Source of the DNA: Halocafeteria seosinensis
Lineage: Eukaryota
Assembly (NCBI GenBank): GCA_001687465.1
Contig: LVLI01000202.1
Coordinates: forward strand, 1-64,000
DNA length: 64,000 bases
Reading direction: 5' to 3'
Within the stretch, counting starts at the first letter, position 1, and each line of letters opens with the position of its first letter. A program made the position numbers and the translations under genes. This document shows positions 62,004 to 64,000 of the stretch, one piece after another. The notes below the pieces were generated by a model. It was given only the letters and a program-made list of their open reading frames with translations. It was not told the DNA's origin and did no database searches.

Positions 62004-64000
62004 ATGGGAGGGAACCACAGCAAAGGTAAGCTCTATGTCCCCTGGGCCTTGGCTGCAGTATTAGTCAACGTAGTGCCTTGCGTTGTCTTGCTATGTGGGT
62101 TTACAGAGGTGCCTGACGCCTCCCATACCACGAGGCGCTCGAATACTAAGCGAGGAGGGCGCAAACATGCTGTGGCGGCGGCTGAAAGTGCGCCCAAAAG
62201 CCCAGCAGCTTCTTCACTGGCAGACTTGATCGAGCAGGATACTTCCCGAATGTATATTCACTTGGATCCGGATGTACGTGGACATGGACCGAGATTGCAC
62301 TCTCCTTGTACTCTTATCCACGAATGCGTGTATGCATGGGCAATACAGAGCATCATTCGGTATGTCTCGGCGGCCAGTGAAAGGTTCTTGGGATACTCTT
62401 CAGAAGATATGGTGGGTCATCGAAACTCATCCTTCATACACGAAAACGATCGAGTAAGTCTAGGTCCGAAAAGAACTCTCAAGTAAAGGTATTTGATAAC
62501 TTGCATCCAAATTGGTTTGGTTTGCCGCAGGAGACTGTCGAGAACAAGTTCTTGGAAGCAAAACGCGCACCACACACTGCCATCAGCGTCAAATTCCGAA
62601 GAAAGCACAACAATGGAATGCATACGCGAGTTGGTAAGTAAACGTGATCAATTACACCCAGTTTTCCTTCCTCTTTGATGAATTTTCCCAACTGTATGTT
62701 ATTCCAGAGTTTTACGGTCATTGGATCTGCAAACACGATGAACCTATTGGTATCACTGGGTGGGAGCAAGATGCTGAACGTGGCAAGAACGAGCAAGAAG
62801 AGCTTGTGGAAGAAGCGTCGACGACCAAGGATCAAACAGCCGCTGAAAATAGCAAGATTATGACATTTGCGCTTCACGAGTTACGCAACGCCATCCATGC
62901 CTTAGATGCTTCAGCAACTTACATTGAGGAAGTGAGTCTCATAATGCTCTTTAATACTCCCCCTCCCAAACGTAGCGAGTTTGGCTTTTTGTTTTGTTTT
63001 GTACCTAATACAGCTTACCGGTGAAACAATGGATGACGAGGTGAAAGAGTCGGTAAATGACATGATGTTCGCGGCCAAGAACACCAATGTTCTTGTCGGG
63101 GATATATTGTCGTTAATTGGACTTCGTGAAGGAACTGTTATTACGAATGCTGAAGACTTTCCAATTAGAAGTTATATCAAAGATCTTACTGCCTCCATGC
63201 AAACACTAAGCTCTGTTCCCGTTGTACCCGTTGTCACAGAGGAAGTCCCTGTAGTCGTCTGCGCGGACTGGGACAGCATAGCACAGATTTTAAAGAACGG
63301 TCTAATGAATGCAATCAAATACTGTGGCCAAAACACCGAACCAATTTATGTTCGTGTTTCGAAAGAAGAAACACATCTGACTTTCGAAGTACGAGACAAA
63401 GGTACTTCTTTAGGAGATGTATCTCAGGAAAAGCTGATGAAAGCTCTAACCCAAGGCATACCCCTTCGGGGAGCACGAGCGCAGCGAACGAGTCTCTTTC
63501 TACCAATTGCGGATAACGTTGTCCGGAAACTTATGTTTGGGAAGGTAATAGCAGCTGTTGCTAAATGTCCAGGGGTCAAACGAGTTTCACATCTTCCTGA
63601 TTCGTGGTTCACAGGTAGGGATAGATTCTCATGAGGGTGTTACCAAGTTCTGGTTTACGGCTAAGTACTCACCGACATCCGATTCTAAGAAGAGTATGAT
63701 GGCGGTCCGTGAAGAAAAAGAGTGGTCTTTAGTAGCTCAAGTACTGCCGGGTTCATCAGAGAGGCCAGAACCAATATCGACCAAGCAATCTTCATCCGTG
63801 GCCACTCCCACGGACAAGTTCTTACAAACAATCACGCCTGAAGGCTCCGCCTCGCCAACCAGCACGCCTAAGAGAAGTCGTGAAAAGAAAGTTATCGGAG
63901 TGGAAGGAGACGGGAAATCGCTTAATTTGCACGTATTGCTGGTCGATGATCAAAAGGTTGTAAGACGTCAAGCTGCCTCGTTTTTGGATCAGTTAGGGTG
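62004..64000 (+). CDS. Hybrid sensor histidine kinase (PAS-HisKA-HATPase-receiver), runs off the window end
   Basis: PAS IRYVSAASERFLGYSSEDMVG...FIHEND, H-box FALHELRNAIHAL, N-box QILKNGLMNAIKY, FEVRDKG and receiver start LHVLLVDDQKVVR, with multiple introns. Confidence 0.88.

Overview
This is a gene-dense stretch of a eukaryotic nuclear genome with short GT-AG introns (mostly about 60-90 nt). It most likely comes from a flagellated protist, inferred from a WDR78-like axonemal dynein intermediate chain, a hybrid histidine kinase and a bacterial-type pepN; the exact lineage cannot be fixed from sequence alone. About 22 protein genes can be supported, including GH28 polygalacturonase, a Tudor protein, BLM-like RecQ, DUF924, a mitochondrial carrier, PPWD1, aminopeptidase N, RACK1, a CDF zinc transporter, an MFS transporter, DES1, a CDK, WDR78, a COA3-like protein, CRAL-TRIO and a PAS histidine kinase. 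Two tRNA-Leu genes are also present. Three gene-poor accessory islands (about 1-4.3 kb, 37.7-39.9 kb and 55.5-57.8 kb) share a 34-bp mini-element ending in (TG)n. They carry mobile or foreign debris: a CRE/R2-type endonuclease fragment between inverted repeats, an RNase H fragment, a bacterial ParA-like pseudogene and an orphan adenain-like protease ORF. The strongest candidate for a new system is the 1626-aa gene at 28922-33802. It combines ankyrin-like repeats, a pseudokinase and a KEN/HEPN-like ribonuclease with no membrane anchor, which is the RNase L architecture in a protist. All domain calls come from reading motifs by eye, and exon boundaries of multi-exon genes are approximate.
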